A DNA stretch of 63,637 bases, counting the filler, from Octopus bimaculoides (lineage: Eukaryota), in assembly GCF_001194135.2 (NCBI RefSeq). It is 7 parts of 6 records of this genome, joined end to end, with 100 filler letters (N's around TTAATTAATTAA, not from the genome) between each part and the next. Parts side by side here need not be neighbours in the genome. Positions count along the whole stretch, not along the records: positions 3,938 to 33,050 come from NC_068989.1; 6 more parts are not named here. One strand, given 5' to 3'. Under the pieces are notes generated by a model. It was not told where the DNA came from, did not search any database, and saw only the letters and a program-made list of their open reading frames with translations. The position numbers and the translations under genes are program-made. Positions 12,296 through 27,260 of the stretch are shown in pieces; the first letter of the stretch is position 1, and the number at the start of each line of letters is the position of its first letter.

Positions 12296-14219
12296 GACGA
12301 AGATATTAATATGAATATGAATAGTAAATTATGAGGAATTATTCTAACATTATTTCTTATTCTATCATTTCTATTCTCCTACATAACAATAAAAAATAAT
12401 AGGAATGTGAGCTGAAATGCAGTTTTCTATCTCATTTTGTTTTTCAATTTCATACAATTAATATAACTTGTTGGTGACAGAAGGAAAATATGGCTAGTAA
12501 ATATTCATTGTATTTGTACTGATTTGATAGTTAAATGCTATTTATATAGTTATATTACATTTGTTAAAACACTCTCTAGCTATACACTATGTAATAACTA
12601 AGGTAAATTCTAGTATAAAGGAACTCCATCAAATAAGTCTCTAAGATATCCTATTATTTCACTATTTTCCTATTTAATCGCATCCAATAATAAACGTTGA
12701 AATTGCGTTCTTAGATGTTGTCAAACAACTCTGTAACTCACAATACAAATGTGTAGATAGGAAATACCGAGATATTAATATCGATTTACTTTTCTAAATT
12801 CATATTTATTCGGATTATATGAATCTATGTAGTAGTAGCGTAATCCAAAAATTAATACGAAAAGTGAATTCGCAACGTGACCAAAACAGAAATTCTCGTT
12901 TGCTTTCAGAATTCTCATCTGGATTGTCAAGCATATCGTCTATTTCAAATGGTACAATCATTGTATCGAAAACTTTTCCATTACATTTACTAATCCTTTG
13001 CGAACATTAGAAATACATGTTAGTATCAATATTCGTTATTTACATAACTTTTCTCATGACAGCTACATTTTGCTTCATTCATCCTTTGAACACTACTCCC
13101 ACAGACTTTCAATAATTTGCTTTTCTATTTGCGCAGCTGTTAATGCACTTTATATTTCTAATATGCACAGCGGCTAGCATCGCAGAGTAAAAGTTCAAGA
13201 TATAAAAATAATCCTTGGTGTTAAAGTTTTATTCTATGTATCTGACTTTAGTTAAGTAAAGGAAGCTCAGTGACTATGGACATTAACACCACTCATATGA
13301 CGAACTGTAAGTATAAAAATTGGTTGCTATTCCAGTTCTATTCTGGGTCAAAAGAAGAGGGCAATTATACTGAGTGAAAGAGTGTTCCATTGATATTTTA
13401 ACTTTCTATTCCTCGACGTTAATCGCAGAATGTTATGAGATTAGAGAATAATGTAAACCTTATTTAACACCTTCGTCAGATTAAGAAGAGAAGTACTAAT
13501 GAGCATTTTATATTGTCTCTTTTACCGGCGGGAAGTAGGTGCTGTATTTATCCTCAGATTGGGGATTTGGCCCAAATGTTTTCAAGTGATTGTACTCTGC
13601 TAAATTCCTTCTAGAGCCAGGAGGAAGACTTAAAACAGGCTGCCGATTAAATCAATCACCAGAGAAACGGAAAGGGTCTTCAACAGATCCTATCAATAAC
13701 GTTTTATTAAAAGGATTTTGAGAGAGAAAGCACTTTGCTATCTATTTAGCCGTGGAACGGAACACGAAAAGGCGTAGTTATAGATTGAACACACCTCCAT
13801 ACCTGTACAATGTCTGGGATTGCGGAAGCAATTCTCATTATTTAGCCTCAAACCAACATTTATAATGCATATTTATGATTAAAGATATTAAATTTATGGC
13901 AAACCCTTGATTTTATGGCTATGTGGAACCAATGTAATTTTTCATTCCTTAAGAATGTGGGATGTGAAGGTGATTTGATAACCACATTTGAAATTCTAAC
14001 TAAAGTATAGAATTTTTATCATTATCTAAGAATGCTTAGATTTAGTTGTTGAGATTGAATGAAAAGACAAGAATAAATAAAAAGCGAAGGTACTTTTATG
14101 TGCGATATTCCAAAGCGGATATGAGTGGAGGTTTCCTACGAAGACGAGCGAGTCTTGTCACATTTATAGACTCAAAACAGAGATTGCATATTCGTGCATC
14201 ATCAATATATTTATTTCTA

Positions 14220-14435
14220 AAGGCTGCGAGCTGGCAGAAATGTTAGTACACCGGCGAAATGCTTAACGGTCTTTCGTCAGTCTTTACCATCTGAGTTGAA
14301 ATTCTACTATGGTCGACTTTACCTTTCATCTTCTCGAGGTTGATAAATTAAATACCAGTCGTGTACTAGAGTCGATCTAATCGAGTGACCCCCCACCCCC
14401 AAAATTTCGGGCCTTGTGCCTAGAGCAGAAAAGAA
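14220..14435 (+). mobile_element. Family B SINE, full length
   Basis: GGCTGCGAGCTGGCAGAAATGTTAG head, Meta-like centre, CCTTGTGCCTAGAGCAGAAAAG tail. Confidence 0.85.
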
Positions 14436-16241
14436 TATATGTTTTCCTAACTGAAGGGCATTCCAACTCTATGTGAACAATGTACTCTACATACTTTTTG
14501 ATCTTTCTAATTTAATGCAGTAAGATAATAAAAATTCCTAATAAATTTCAAATCTGGAATTATTTACTGTTTTATAATTACGGTTAATCACAATTGAATA
14601 TTTAATATCGATCCTCCAAACAATACTCTAGCTAAAAGAGACAAGATTGCAACATTCATTTATGGTGTGTTGCTTCATATAAGAAATATGTAGTGTTTCT
14701 CTATGAGCATGGACGGGGATGATGGAACTATGACGACGCACATCGAAGTAGTTACGTTACTTCCAGTGCATTAAACAGAATTATGATATTCGAAAAGCAA
14801 GAGCTGTATATATTTATACTTAGAGTATTTGAACAACGCGTAAGTACAGTTACTAGCACAGTGATATAGTTTGAGTAATTCTGTCTTCCTTTATGTTTAC
14901 AAGTCTTCAACTGTGTCCTGCTAGATAAGGTAAGTGTCATTACATACTGAGTTTTCGAAGACAAAATTGATATACTTTCGATTATAAAATCTTTCAATTT
15001 GCTGCTAGTTATGGAGTATATTATATTTTAATTCCATACGGTATTGAATATCCCAGTTTAGTGTTTCTTTCAAGGAAGCAATACAGAGCCGATGTTAATT
15101 TATAAGCAATCTGCCTTTTTAATTGCAGTACAATACTCTACTGATAGAATAAAAACGCAAATGTTTCAGATAGATCAATACCTCGCATTTACAGAAACCA
15201 TTCAAGCAGCAATCACCAAATAAACATTCAATAAAAACATAATATTACAAAATCAACTCAATTCTGGTGGAAGGCAACTGAGTCCGGGCGCAGATGAACT
15301 GGAACAGCGGTCTTTTTGAACCGGACAGAACGCTAATCCGGTTAACCTGCGCTCTTGACATTATCAAAATCAACCCAACCGAATACAAAAGAAAGCAACA
15401 TTATATGACACAAATAAAAATCAATAGGTTTATATTGAAACTCCATTTGAACGAAATTATTCGCCAACAGTTATTCAATAACATTAAAATAGTACATATC
15501 ATAGAGCCAGGGCCGCAATTATAGAGTGGTTGTGTATTGCATCAGACTAATTAGCTACCAAACTCAACGACTTTGATGCCTTGCATTAACTAACACAAGC
15601 ACTTATATACATATGCATACATACATATATACATTCATGCATACACGCACACACATATGTATATACATATAGTGTTACTGAAATCGAACTGTTGGTGTAA
15701 CATTCATCCGGTTCCTCTCTGTCTTATTACATCGGTATAACATCCACGATCAGTTTCATTCACGCGCAACAGATACATATCACTTAAAATAAATACTTCC
15801 AAATTATATTCTTTGCATAAGAACAAATAGATTTACATTAGAAATTCTGTGCATATATGGACGACATAATATCCCCAAATTTTAAAGAGAATATGGAATA
15901 CTGACCTTCAACAATCGGTCTACGTACAAGTCTCAGTGAACTGGTAATTTATACATTCAAAATTAAAATAGTTTTGCAACTTGCAAACTTGTATGCTGTG
16001 ATAAAAATCGACTATACTAAGTGTCACTTTACAGCGTTAAATGCTGGTTCAAGCAATATGTTCCCAAAATTAGAATAGCAATTGTACAATTGAAAACGAA
16101 CACAATGAACTAAGTTTGAAAACAATTCAAATTGAGTTATATATCCACGCACACCCACACACAAGCCTGGCCACTCACACGCGCGCATGCAACCACACTA
16201 CACACAAACACCTATCCACGCATATATCAATATATATAACA

Positions 16242-16281
<40 letters not shown>

Positions 16282-19059
16282 TAATCGCATCGTTGTAGAG
16301 CCATTTAATAACAAAAGTAAAAGTTAAAAGCCCTCTATTTTTAGACGTGTCAAATCTTTTGCAGCACAAACAGGGCCAAATCACTGACATGCATCTACTT
16401 CAAAAGGTGGGAATTAGCCTTCCCGTTACCGGAATCAATTTCTTAGCATCCCTGTACGTAATGGAATATATATATATATATACATTACTAGAACTGAGAC
16501 ATGAATTTGTGTATATTGTCTATAAATCGACAGAGGAGCTACATCTGACGGCCAATTTAATGTTTTATATGAGTGTGTACATGCACCCATATACATTGAC
16601 ATCACCTTATATTAAGAAGCATTTAGAAAAGGAGAGTACCATGACAGTCATAATTACTTCATGCTCTCTCCACTTTGCTAACATGTAGTTTATTTGTAAA
16701 AACATTTCACAAATTTTCCTGAAGCAGCTAGGTATGAAATTTATTGAAATATATAGGGAAAACACTAGATCAATGGATGCAAAGGAAAATAATTGTAAAA
16801 CATATACGTTAGTTAAAGGAAATATGAAAATAAATAAAGCTTAAACTTTTTGAATAAGTCAGTTGTTCTTATTAAACGCGTAGCTTAACCATTCATATAA
16901 AGTCCTGCCCGAGGAAAATGGAATTTTCTTGAAATATTGCAAAACAGCAGCAATAAAGTGTCTAGGAATTTACTTTTTCTTGAAATATCTCATAATAATG
17001 AATTTATATATATTTTTTCTAGTACGGTTTATTCCTACTGGCACTCAAAACTGTTATGTTAACTCTTTGATAAAAGAAAACGTTTTAGATTATTTTTCCT
17101 TTTGATAGAACAGAAATAATTTTTCAGTTGCTTATATTTATTGTTACTTATTCATTAGTAAAAGAAATATGTTGTAATTCTGGGATATAGCTTAAAAAAT
17201 TAGATTGCATTATAACTATACAAATTGAAGTATAATAAGAGAACAAGTTGAAATGATAATATATTTCTCATCACTAATATACAAAAAGTTACGTTTCTAT
17301 GTACAAAAAGAGTAAATGTTCACTAGGCAAGATACATATTTCGAATTCTAACTGCACACTAATCTTAAGTCCTAATTTCAATCCCAATGTACCTGATTTC
17401 AAGCAGTGTCGGTTTGTTATAAACACTGTTTTTTTCTTCCTTTTATGTTGTATTATGAATATAATGATTTATATTATACAATGTTAACAAATGTATCACT
17501 AATGACATTTATCCCATCTTTAAAGATCTATATTCACTTATAATATCGTTCAGGTTCAACATTCGATAGAATATAAAGCTGTAATGCAGTACTGAGTAAA
17601 GTAGTATTTGAAAATTTTCTTAATATATGCGGTGTTGTTAACTTTAATACGTAAATGATGTTTGTATTGTGAAACACTTCATCTGGTATTTCAAATATAA
17701 TCGTTTTGAGATTATTCAGTAAAAGGTTTCGCTGACGAAATAGCTACGGAAAATGCATACAATACATTATCTATAAATGAAATCATATTCAGGTAACTTC
17801 ATATGTTAAAGAACTCGAAAGATAAACCTCAAAGCTAAAACTTCTTCGAAAGAATTAAATGAAGTTTATGTTTGATATCGTGTCAGTAAACCATACAACA
17901 CAAATTTAGCTTAACAAAAGAATAATTTAACGATCGGTTGGATTGCAAATACACCAGGATTTTCTTATTTACAAACGAAGAGTTGATGTGAACGATTTGT
18001 TCGAGTAGAGTACCGAGAGTAATGCATTGAAGTATATAATTCTAGACAAAATTTGAAATTAATATTGTCATATACATGTAATTCATCTAACATACTGTTA
18101 GGTTTTTTTTTTTGCCTACAGATTACTTAGTGTGTATAATTATTAGCATTCGTGATATAATTCAAAATCTTGCTTGGTTGCTTTTCTTTTCACAGGTCTA
18201 AGTTTGTTTCAATGCGTTCTGTCCATGAACTTCATTTAATTTATTCGGTTATACTACTTCCCTAAATATTTGAAGCCTCGTTCGAAGGTTGCAAATCAAT
18301 AATATGGTTCATTCTAGAGTCTCTGATTTTATCACTTTCCAGAAAAGTGAATTCAGAGCATTGATTAATGTTTAAGGTCGAGCAAACTAGGGTACGAAGA
18401 GAGATTGTTATCAATACCATGAATGCTATGGAACAGCAATGTTTGATACAAATAATTCGTGCATATTGATTTTGACCACCAAAAGGTGAGGCAGAAAGTT
18501 TCCTGTCTTAATATAATAAAATATAAAGTTGATGTGTCAGATCATACACACATAGACAGACATTAATGTATGTATGTGTATATATATATATTTAATTATT
18601 TATTTATTTACTTGCTTAGAAATATAAAATGCATGCATTGCAACGGCATGGCAAACAAATTTTGTGCAAACAGCATATATTTTTCTTTTATACACTTAGC
18701 GTAAATAGCATGAATTCTGGCCGTTGGGAAAGTGTTCAACCAAAGAACAAATACATTTGAGATAACTAAAAGTATAGCTATATATATAAGCTTTTACTTG
18801 AGACATGTTTTTGCAAATATATGGAAAGAAGTAGAATCTATTACGACATTTGAAAATCAAGTAAACTATTGCAATCAAATTATAGGAACGCATACTCTCG
18901 TACGGCATATGCTCGATTCTAACCCAGATTACTTTTCCTCAAATACCCTTATAAGCGTATATACATATTTGTAGAAAAAATAACTTCGATAAATATTGAT
19001 GTTTGCAAGGGGACTGAGTGTCTCCAACATAGAACAGCAAAAGTGATATGAAATTACAT

Positions 19060-19790
19060 CTAATATGAGCACGATTGTTATATAGAAGATTGCGTTTCCC
19101 TCCGGAAACAGTTCCGAAACCATATGATGAATTTGATCAGATAAAATGCTTAAATAGTCTTGACTATTAATTCTGCCACAAAAGAAAACCCTTAGGCCGG
19201 CGGATTTCCAAGATATACCCCCCTCCCAGATCATCACAGATCCTCCTCCATGTTTAACAGTCGGACGAAGGCAGTTTGAATCAAATGCTTATTTTGGCTA
19301 TCTCCACGCATGTACTCGACCAGTGGTCAGAAATAAGGTAAACCATGATTCGTCCGAGAAAATAACATTATTCCATTGCTCTAGGGACCAATTCTGTAGG
19401 TTTTACTCTACTCTAATAAACATTTGCAACGTTTGTTTTTGACAGTAGTGGTTTTCTGATTGCAGTCCACCCGTGAAACCCGGCTTTGTGCAGCACCCGG
19501 CGAATATGTTTTGTGGAAAATGGTTTCTCGAAATGGTCATTAAGCTTAGCAGTAATTTTGGGAGCTTTACTTTTGTGACTCTTTCTAACAATTTGCATAA
19601 GAGTCCGATGCTCCCTATCTGAAAGTTTTGGTTTTCTTCCGGAATTTTGTTTCGACGAGAAAGTTTTTGCCTCTTTCACAAAGCTGTCACTACTTTCAAG
19701 ACAGTACTTCTTGATACACCAAACATTTCGGCTGTTTTCATTACGCTAACGCCTGTCATACGAGCACCAACAGTTTGACTTCTGGCGGAA
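19060..19790 (-). mobile_element. Decayed Tc1 transposase
   Basis: GARMTGVSVMKTAEMFGVSRSTV, SGRKPKLSDR, RRVLHKAGFHG...RKPLL, ISWKSAG...GRINSQDYLSIL; frameshifted across three ORFs. Confidence 0.9.
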
Positions 19791-19812
19791 TAATAATGGC
19801 GGAATAATACAA

Positions 19813-19814
<2 letters not shown>

Positions 19815-19886
<72 letters not shown>

Positions 19887-19905
19887 CAACAACAACAATA
19901 ATAAT
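19815..19905. repeat. (TAA)n/(CAA)n trinucleotide array
   Basis: Direct reading. Confidence 0.95.
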
Positions 19906-21315
19906 TAACTGCAAAAAGGATAACAGAGCTAAATATTTCGTGCATTCAGTCATTCGGAAGCTATTTTCAAATTGTTTTGTCCATTAGTTTGGCCTCCTGT
20001 ATCGAATAAATACACAAATAAACAAGCTGCCTCTTATATATGCACACATAGACGTGTATCCATTATACATATAATAGAAAATACATTTCATTCTTATTAC
20101 GTAAATTCAATTACTCTAAAATAATTTTCATTGATTCACGTAATATTTATTCACGTAATATTTAGTCACACATAGTGTGTCTGATTCCTCGAAGCTTTCT
20201 CTTTCTGTACTGTAGTACTATTGTGCACTACATGTACATAAACATCCACACATCACTTGTAAGATTTTTGAAAACCCCACAGAAGAGATTTTCAATTTCG
20301 TGCTCATGCGCGCTTGACTAACATACAACACCATTGTTTGTAGATTCCGTATTTAATTTAGATAATTAATTTCTATGTATAATATTGCTTGAAGGCTATT
20401 ATCTTTAATTTTTGTTTCTTTTCTTTTTTCCCGAGCACTCTTGCTAATTTGTTTGCATATTCAAATAATTGCTAGCATAACTGCAAAATATTTATTAACG
20501 TAAATACTGTTCATGTTTTTAGAGATGGAAGAGCAAGCACTTAACAAAGTATCTGTCAATTACGTAGAAAACATCAGGAAAATCACCATTAGAAATGGCA
20601 GAATGGGTAAATGAAGAGTGATATTGTATTTACTATAAATAAAAGTTACAAAATTAATTACTCCTGTACTAATAATGCACATTTCATTTTTCAAATTTGT
20701 GTCACTTCTGACTGAGTAACTAGCTAACAATAAAATAAAATGTAAGAAAATAATACAAGTGAATTAATCGAACCAAATAATAAAAGCAAAGTAGTGAGAT
20801 GGAATGATTAGAGCGTGATGCGATGTGAGAATCTAAGTATAGAATACCGAAAGTTAAATGAATAACATCAGTTATTGATTGTTCAGTTGGGATAATTCAA
20901 TTTGTTTCTAGCGCTATTATCTTCAATTGCCTCCAACAAAAATGTGTACAATACCAGCACAGAATAATTTCTCCATAATAGTACATTTGTTTCAGTTTAG
21001 TAACTATTTTATATATGCTAAGGAAGATGCTGCAGGGCCATCTATATTCCACTGCTGCTGATTGCGTTGCAATTATGGCTGTAATTGTCACAGATGATAA
21101 TGCTGATGGTTTGTCTGACTTTTCGGTTTTTGTAGTTAATACTTCTGGTTTAATAACCCTTGTAATAATTGTTTGTAATATAGTCACAAGGCATGAAATT
21201 CTGTGGCGATGGATAAGTCCGGGAAAGGGACCACATTATTACTTGAGTGGGACTATAGTTTGTCAATACGTCCTCACTGTTTACCTTTGTGAAGAATTAC
21301 GTCAATCCTTTTTAA

Positions 21316-21317
<2 letters not shown>

Positions 21318-21380
<63 letters not shown>
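21318..21380. repeat. (TAA)n array
   Basis: Direct reading. Confidence 0.95.
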
Positions 21381-21383
<3 letters not shown>

Positions 21384-21470
21384 AGGGATACCTACCAGAT
21401 TTGCATGAATATAGAAATTTGCTCTACTAGGAACACTAAAGATTGATCGAAAGATACTAAGGATTTTGAT
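21380..21470 (+). mobile_element. 3'-terminal fragment of an R4/Dong-clade non-LTR retrotransposon
   Basis: Frameshifted IQGYLPDLHE / KFALLGTLKIDRKIL resembles the R4-clade C-terminus (QK.ALLGTA.ILRK.L). Confidence 0.5.
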
Positions 21471-21639
21471 TCCAAATCTTACATATTTGTGCACACCATT
21501 AAGTTCTAATGATGATGATGATGAAGATGATGACGATGATGATGATGAAATTACCTACACACATCATCATTAGATCACTGAAGTATAATGACGGTTACAA
21601 ACATATAGGAGTGTTACAAGACGATAGGTTAATGAAAGG

Positions 21640-22530
21640 AGAGATGGAAAATTCACTAAAGATTATACGATAAGAAACAAAATTAAATGGCAGGAACATT
21701 ATTAAAGCATACAAATACTAGAGATATGCCCGTATTCATATACTCTACTCCGTTTCTAAAATGGACAAAGGTCGAGCTACAGAACCTGGAGAGAAATAAT
21801 AAAAAAGCTTTTCACAGCGCATTGCAACCTAAAAATAATACCGATCAATTCTACCTACCAAGAAATAGAGGTGGCCGAAGATGGTTTAACGCAGAAGGCC
21901 ACGTTAATACCACTCAAAAGTTATGTTCTGCAGAGTAATCAAAGATTACTATCAGCAGACAGATATGCAAAAATTGCCCGAAACCCTTGGAGAATTCAGA
22001 GAGAAAAGACCCACAGAGCAAACAGGTGGAAAGAAATAGAAATACATTGCCAATTAATGAAACAAACCGAAAATATCGGACTTAAATATCACTGGCTCTG
22101 GTCGATGGACGGGAACTTAAAATGAGAAAGAGAAACGCTAATTAGAGCTGTTCAGGTACAAGCCCTAACAACAAACCTGATAAATGCAAATATAGCAAAT
22201 CTCAGTCAGACAACAAATAAGGGAATCTGCAGGAAACGTTACTAATGAATCAATCCCCTTTTGAGCGTTTGCAGCGTACTAGCACAATAAAAGTATAAAG
22301 AATGATGTGACTGTGTAGGCCAAAGTGCGCATTGGGATGTTAGCCATGTGTATAGTTTGAAAACAGAAAAGTGGTATGAACACGAATCAGAGGTTTTGAT
22401 AGAAAATGAGAATTACAAGATCTTGTGCGATTTCCCCATAAAGATTGACCATACTATTGATGCAAGAAGACTGGATTTAAACATAGAGGACAAAATAAAC
22501 AAGCAATGCTAGCTCAGAGATTTTATAAGG
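21640..22530 (+). mobile_element. Decayed R4/Dong-clade retrotransposon (RT thumb to restriction-like endonuclease)
   Basis: YSTPFLKWTKVELQNLER, PKNNTDQFYLPRNRGGR, WLWSMDGNLK, KWYEHESEVLIENENYKILCDFPIKIDHTIDARRLDL. Confidence 0.85.
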
Positions 22531-25500
22531 TCACAGATTTGGTAATTCCCTATAGCAGCTGATAACACCGTCATGGTCATCGTCACTCCCCACCCCACCA
22601 CCACCAATACCACCATTACCGTCATCATTATCATGATCATATACTAAACAAATAGTACAACATCGAATTCAGCACCAAAACAGGAATCACTGAATCTAAA
22701 ACTGAGATTAGCACAGAAGTGGGCATTAACACAACGCCTTGGAATTTACAGTATGCATACAATAAATATGATGCCTGTTCTTCATCTTAGTAATAGACAC
22801 AATATATTTTTTAAACTAATATCAAACGCGCAAACCTAATAAGAAAATTAAGTATCATTACATAATATAGAGTACAAATTAAAAATAAATTCAGCAAGTA
22901 TTTTAGGCCAGCCATGAACAATAGAAATATATCTCTCCAGCTCAACATTCCTATAAGATACCCTAGCGTGATGTGTAGCGATATGATAGAGTGTCAGAAA
23001 TTCTGTATAAAAATATGAGCTTCGTAAACCAGAATGTAAATCTGATTGACATCTATACACATAGAAAAATTCACAGATGAATGGACCGAAGCATGCTGTA
23101 TACTATTTTGCATACATACTGCAATGCCTATACTAAACACACCAATAAAGCAATCGCTAATTTAATGCTTTACCCGCTAGAAGAAATAGCCAACTCTCCA
23201 ACGAAGTAATAACATGTAGTATTCGGAAATGATATATTGATTGATGAAATCTTGGAATATCTTCGGTCAAAGGATAGTAGGAATTAGGTCTCACAGTAAC
23301 AATGACAAATTCGATAAAAATGCTCTCGATTTATAAAAGGCAGATATGAGATCCAAGAAAGCGTAAGTAAAGGTGTAAGAAAACTACGCTTTAAAAATAT
23401 GCTTAAATATATATAGATTGACACAAAAAGAAACAATTTATATATAAATCATATGCAAAAACCAAAAACCTAAGATCGCACATAGAAACGTTAATCTTTC
23501 ATAAACCTATGAAAGTAGCGCAGCCAAACTCGTCATATTCTATTGTAAGCTATTACATCAGAAAGAAATAGTAGCAGAAAGCGAAACATTGAAACTTGAA
23601 ACATAACAATGGAAATTAAACAATGAAATTAATTTCTCAGACAAAAAATAAATCATTCAAAGTATAATCAATAGAGTCAAATCAAAAGAAGGAAATGATT
23701 TTTGGATGGTGACCACAATAAAATACTCGAGAGAATGCTCCACCGTAATGAGATAAAAATAACCCTTGACCCAGTACATAGCAAAAAACGAACACCAGAC
23801 ACCCAGGGAATTATGTAGTGAACCAGGAGTCGCTCAAATTGAAAAAATATTTCATATGAAAATTGATAAAAATGGATTGAAGCATATATCACTGCACTTG
23901 GGATAATAAAATACCTATGGGGAATAATATTTAAATACAAGTGGGTACTCCGACAAATTGAATAGTCAGAAGTGTTCACTAATGCCAGTAGGCTATAAAT
24001 GTAATTTATACAGAAGCTATGGTAGTGTAGGCGAAAACTTTATGGCAATATACACCACAACACAACCTCCCTAAATATACTGGTCAGAAAAAAATTCACA
24101 TTATAGAAGGAAAAGATCAGACCTATTCTTAAACAGAGATATAGGAATGAAAGAGAATATTATGAAAAATAATCAGACATTCAAAAGAACTACAAAACCA
24201 AGAAAAATGAATATCGATTTCTATCATTGTTACAGAGGTCGCGAAATACTTAGAGTGGGAAAATCAGAAAACGTAGCATAGGAAGTTAATTCATGAGAAA
24301 GCATTGAAGGAAAATATAGCAGCTAGGTGAAAACATACAATGGAGAAGAAAATGAAAGAGCTAAAATATACAATAGACACAAATAGTCCAGTATAAGTTG
24401 CTCATAATTTATCAGCCCAATCAACATTTAGCAGCTAGTTACAGCATTCATGAAATCGTAATAATTGTATTCGTAACACTGTTAGCTACAATACTTTATG
24501 AACACCCGGGTAGATTTAACGTCAAAAAGTTAAAATATCTTATGAAAGAACTGAGGCATATAAAATTGATACGATAGAGCACAGAGAAATATGTAATCTA
24601 ACATTAAACATCTAATCCCGTCGCTAAGGAAAACGCTGTGTAAATGATATAGAAGTCGTCCATATCGCTATAGCAGAACATTCACTGTTCTCCGACAAGG
24701 AAAGCACATATTTACACGCCGTCTTAAAATTAACGTAGGACATATAATATTCGACTTGCAAAGAGAAAAGATATGGAATGAAACGGAAAAAATTCAAATA
24801 AGCAAAACTGGTCTTAAAAATACAAATGTAAAGGGATTTGTTTTCAGGCATCAGGTTTGAATGTATTTAGGGAAGCATTGAAATTTTTAGAAAAGATGTG
24901 AACAATGTTTTTGTATAAAAAAGGTTATACGAGTAAAATTTAAAAATAGAAAAGGCGATATTTCATCTGTTTCGTTCTTTTTAATCATATTTTCCGTGGG
25001 TGTCTGAGTGAAGCCATTCCGGTAATAATCATTGCATTTTCTTACAAACATTACGCTTCAGATAATATTACATGATGCACTATTTGAAAAGCAGGCACAT
25101 AACTATTGGAGAGCGACTCGGGTGCTATTCCTGGTAGTTCGTCTGATCACATAGAGACTCTGTCATAAGCTCGCCGGATATCATTTTTATGAGGCATGAT
25201 TTGCTGAAAACTTACAAATATATTTGTTAAAACCTTCGCCATACATGAAGTGGAATAGAATGTGTTACATAATAATTAGTATGGTACAGAATTATTAAGT
25301 TGGAAAATTAGCAAATATTAACCAAGTTCCAGATTCGTAAAATCGACGACATTTTGTTTATAGGCAGTTTTTTTTCTGTAATCATTGAAGTATCTAGTAA
25401 TCAGTGTAGATATCACAAGCTGGTATCTCTTCTATGAGGAAATATGCCGCTGCGATATCTATAATATCACTTGTTTGATGATGAAAAATAATCTCATATA

Positions 25501-26007
25501 GCAATTCATGAAGCAATTTTATATTAAAGTACATATTTTGCAAAAAGTTATTTCAACGGCTTTTGCTGTACATTGTTTATGAGAAACCTTTGCTTTCATG
25601 TCAATAAAATTGCATTATAAAGTATTTTATTATCGAGTATAATCTTCTCTTTAGAAGTTGCGACGAGTTTGATGTTATTTATGTATTCATAGATAACGCC
25701 AAAAATTGAAAAACGATGTAACGAATAGTACAAAAAACAGTATTAAATTCAGAAACATGACTTTAAAGTTACATATCTCTCGAGGACCAATGGCTTGCAA
25801 TTCGGACACAAATGTGTGATTTAGAAAACAAATTTCTCATAAATTCATAATTTGTAAAGTGCACTTTAAGTTTGCTACAGCAATTCATATGTTGTCACTG
25901 TTTATCGCAACTCGCTCATCTGCTAAATTTTTCAATAATTTTCAGCATTTCTGTTTACGTGTATGGGCCATAATTTCCGCCACTTCCTGCCTGTACTTAC
26001 CTGTTAA

Positions 26008-26460
26008 ATATTTCTTATATGGTGTATTACATATAATATTTGACACCCCCGCCTACACATATACATGTCTGTGTGTTTGTGTGTACATGTGTTTCTTTAT
26101 TGCTCACAAGGGGCTAAACATAGAGGGGACAAACAAGGACAGACAAAGGGATTAAGTCGATTACATCGACCCCAGTGCGTAACTGGTACTTTATTTATCG
26201 AACCCCAAAGGATGAAAGGCAAAGTTGGCCTCGGCGGAATTTGAACTCAGAACGTAACGGCAGACGAAATACCGCTAAGCATTTCGCCTGGTATGCTAAC
26301 GTTTCTGCCAGCTCGCCGTACATGTGTTTCTCTATGCCTGTAAGTGTACGTATGCATATAATTATCTGTACGTGTATTTGCGTGTGCAAGACTATATGAA
26401 TATGTGAGTTTGTGTGTGTGTGTGTGTGCGTGTGTGTGTGTGTGCGTGTGTGTGTGTGTT
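26008..26460. repeat. Local duplication, copy 1 (SINE-interrupted); copy 2 at ~27306-27487
   Basis: TATTTC(T/C)TATATGGTGTATTACATATAATATTT...TACATGTGTTT...TTTGCGTGTGCAAGACTA...(GT)n shared by both copies. Confidence 0.8.
26097..26318 (-). mobile_element. Family B SINE (variant tail) with 13-bp TSD
   Basis: TSD TACATGTGTTTCT at 26084-26096 and 26319-26331. Confidence 0.9.
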
Positions 26461-26953
26461 GCACCTATGTGTCGTCTATTTTTAATTATTTGAACACTTC
26501 CTATAAAGGAGGAGTTGGTTTCTGGCGAACATACAACACTCTTTTGCTAGAATGTTAATAAAAAAATACAATACAACATTTTACATTTCGTTTATATATT
26601 GTATTTCTCTTGCACCCGTTAGCTGATTCATTTCTTGTTCTGAAAACCGTAACTTTTCCGGTTTATCACTTAGGCGTTTATTAAGGTAACGAAACGCACC
26701 ATATATTATTTGTATAAACGAGGATTTGTAATCTAGAAGCTGAAGTTGTTTAGTTTAAACCTATTTTTGATGGTAAATAGGTAAACATATTTTACTATGG
26801 TTTTCGACGTGATATTCACAGCAGCAGATTGTTACACTGTGTTACGGTATATATAATTTCTTGTTCGTCCAAAACAACTATATTTGCCCCGTATTTTGTA
26901 TTTGGTAGAAATTTTATGGTAATTCTCCACTTACGTATGTATACGTCAATGTA

Positions 26954-27260
26954 GGAGCACTCCGTCGGTTACGACGACGAGGGTCCCAACTGATACGATC
27001 AACGGAACAGCCTGCTCGTGAACTTAACGTGCAAGTGACTGAGCAATCTACAGACTCGTGTACCTCCAACGTAGTTCTCAGCATGACATATAGCGTGACA
27101 AGGCCGGCTCTTTGAAATACAGGTACTACTCATTTAGTGGACTGGAACAACGCGAAATAAAGTGTTTTGCTCAAGGACACAACGCGTCGCCGGGGATCGA
27201 AGTCACGACCTTAGGATCGTGAGCCCAATGCTCCAACCACTAAGCCACGCGCCTTTATAA
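26954..27260 (-). mobile_element. tRNA-derived SINE, family C, with 9-bp TSD
   Basis: GGCGCGTGGCTTAGTGG A box, B-box region, homology to 54134-54459; TSD GTCAATGTA at 26945-26953 and 27261-27269. Confidence 0.9.

Noticed and set aside
12630-12800. Minus-strand IDINISVFP / FNVYYW pieces resembling a Cys-loop M4 helix
   Set aside because: The pieces are separated by stop codons; no continuous ORF or usable splice site.
20897-21320. Overlapping 96-101 aa ORFs on both strands
   Set aside because: No recognisable domain or splice signals.
23650-24100. Possible ancient LINE relic (KYL.GIIF-like motif)
   Set aside because: A single weak motif; too degraded to support.
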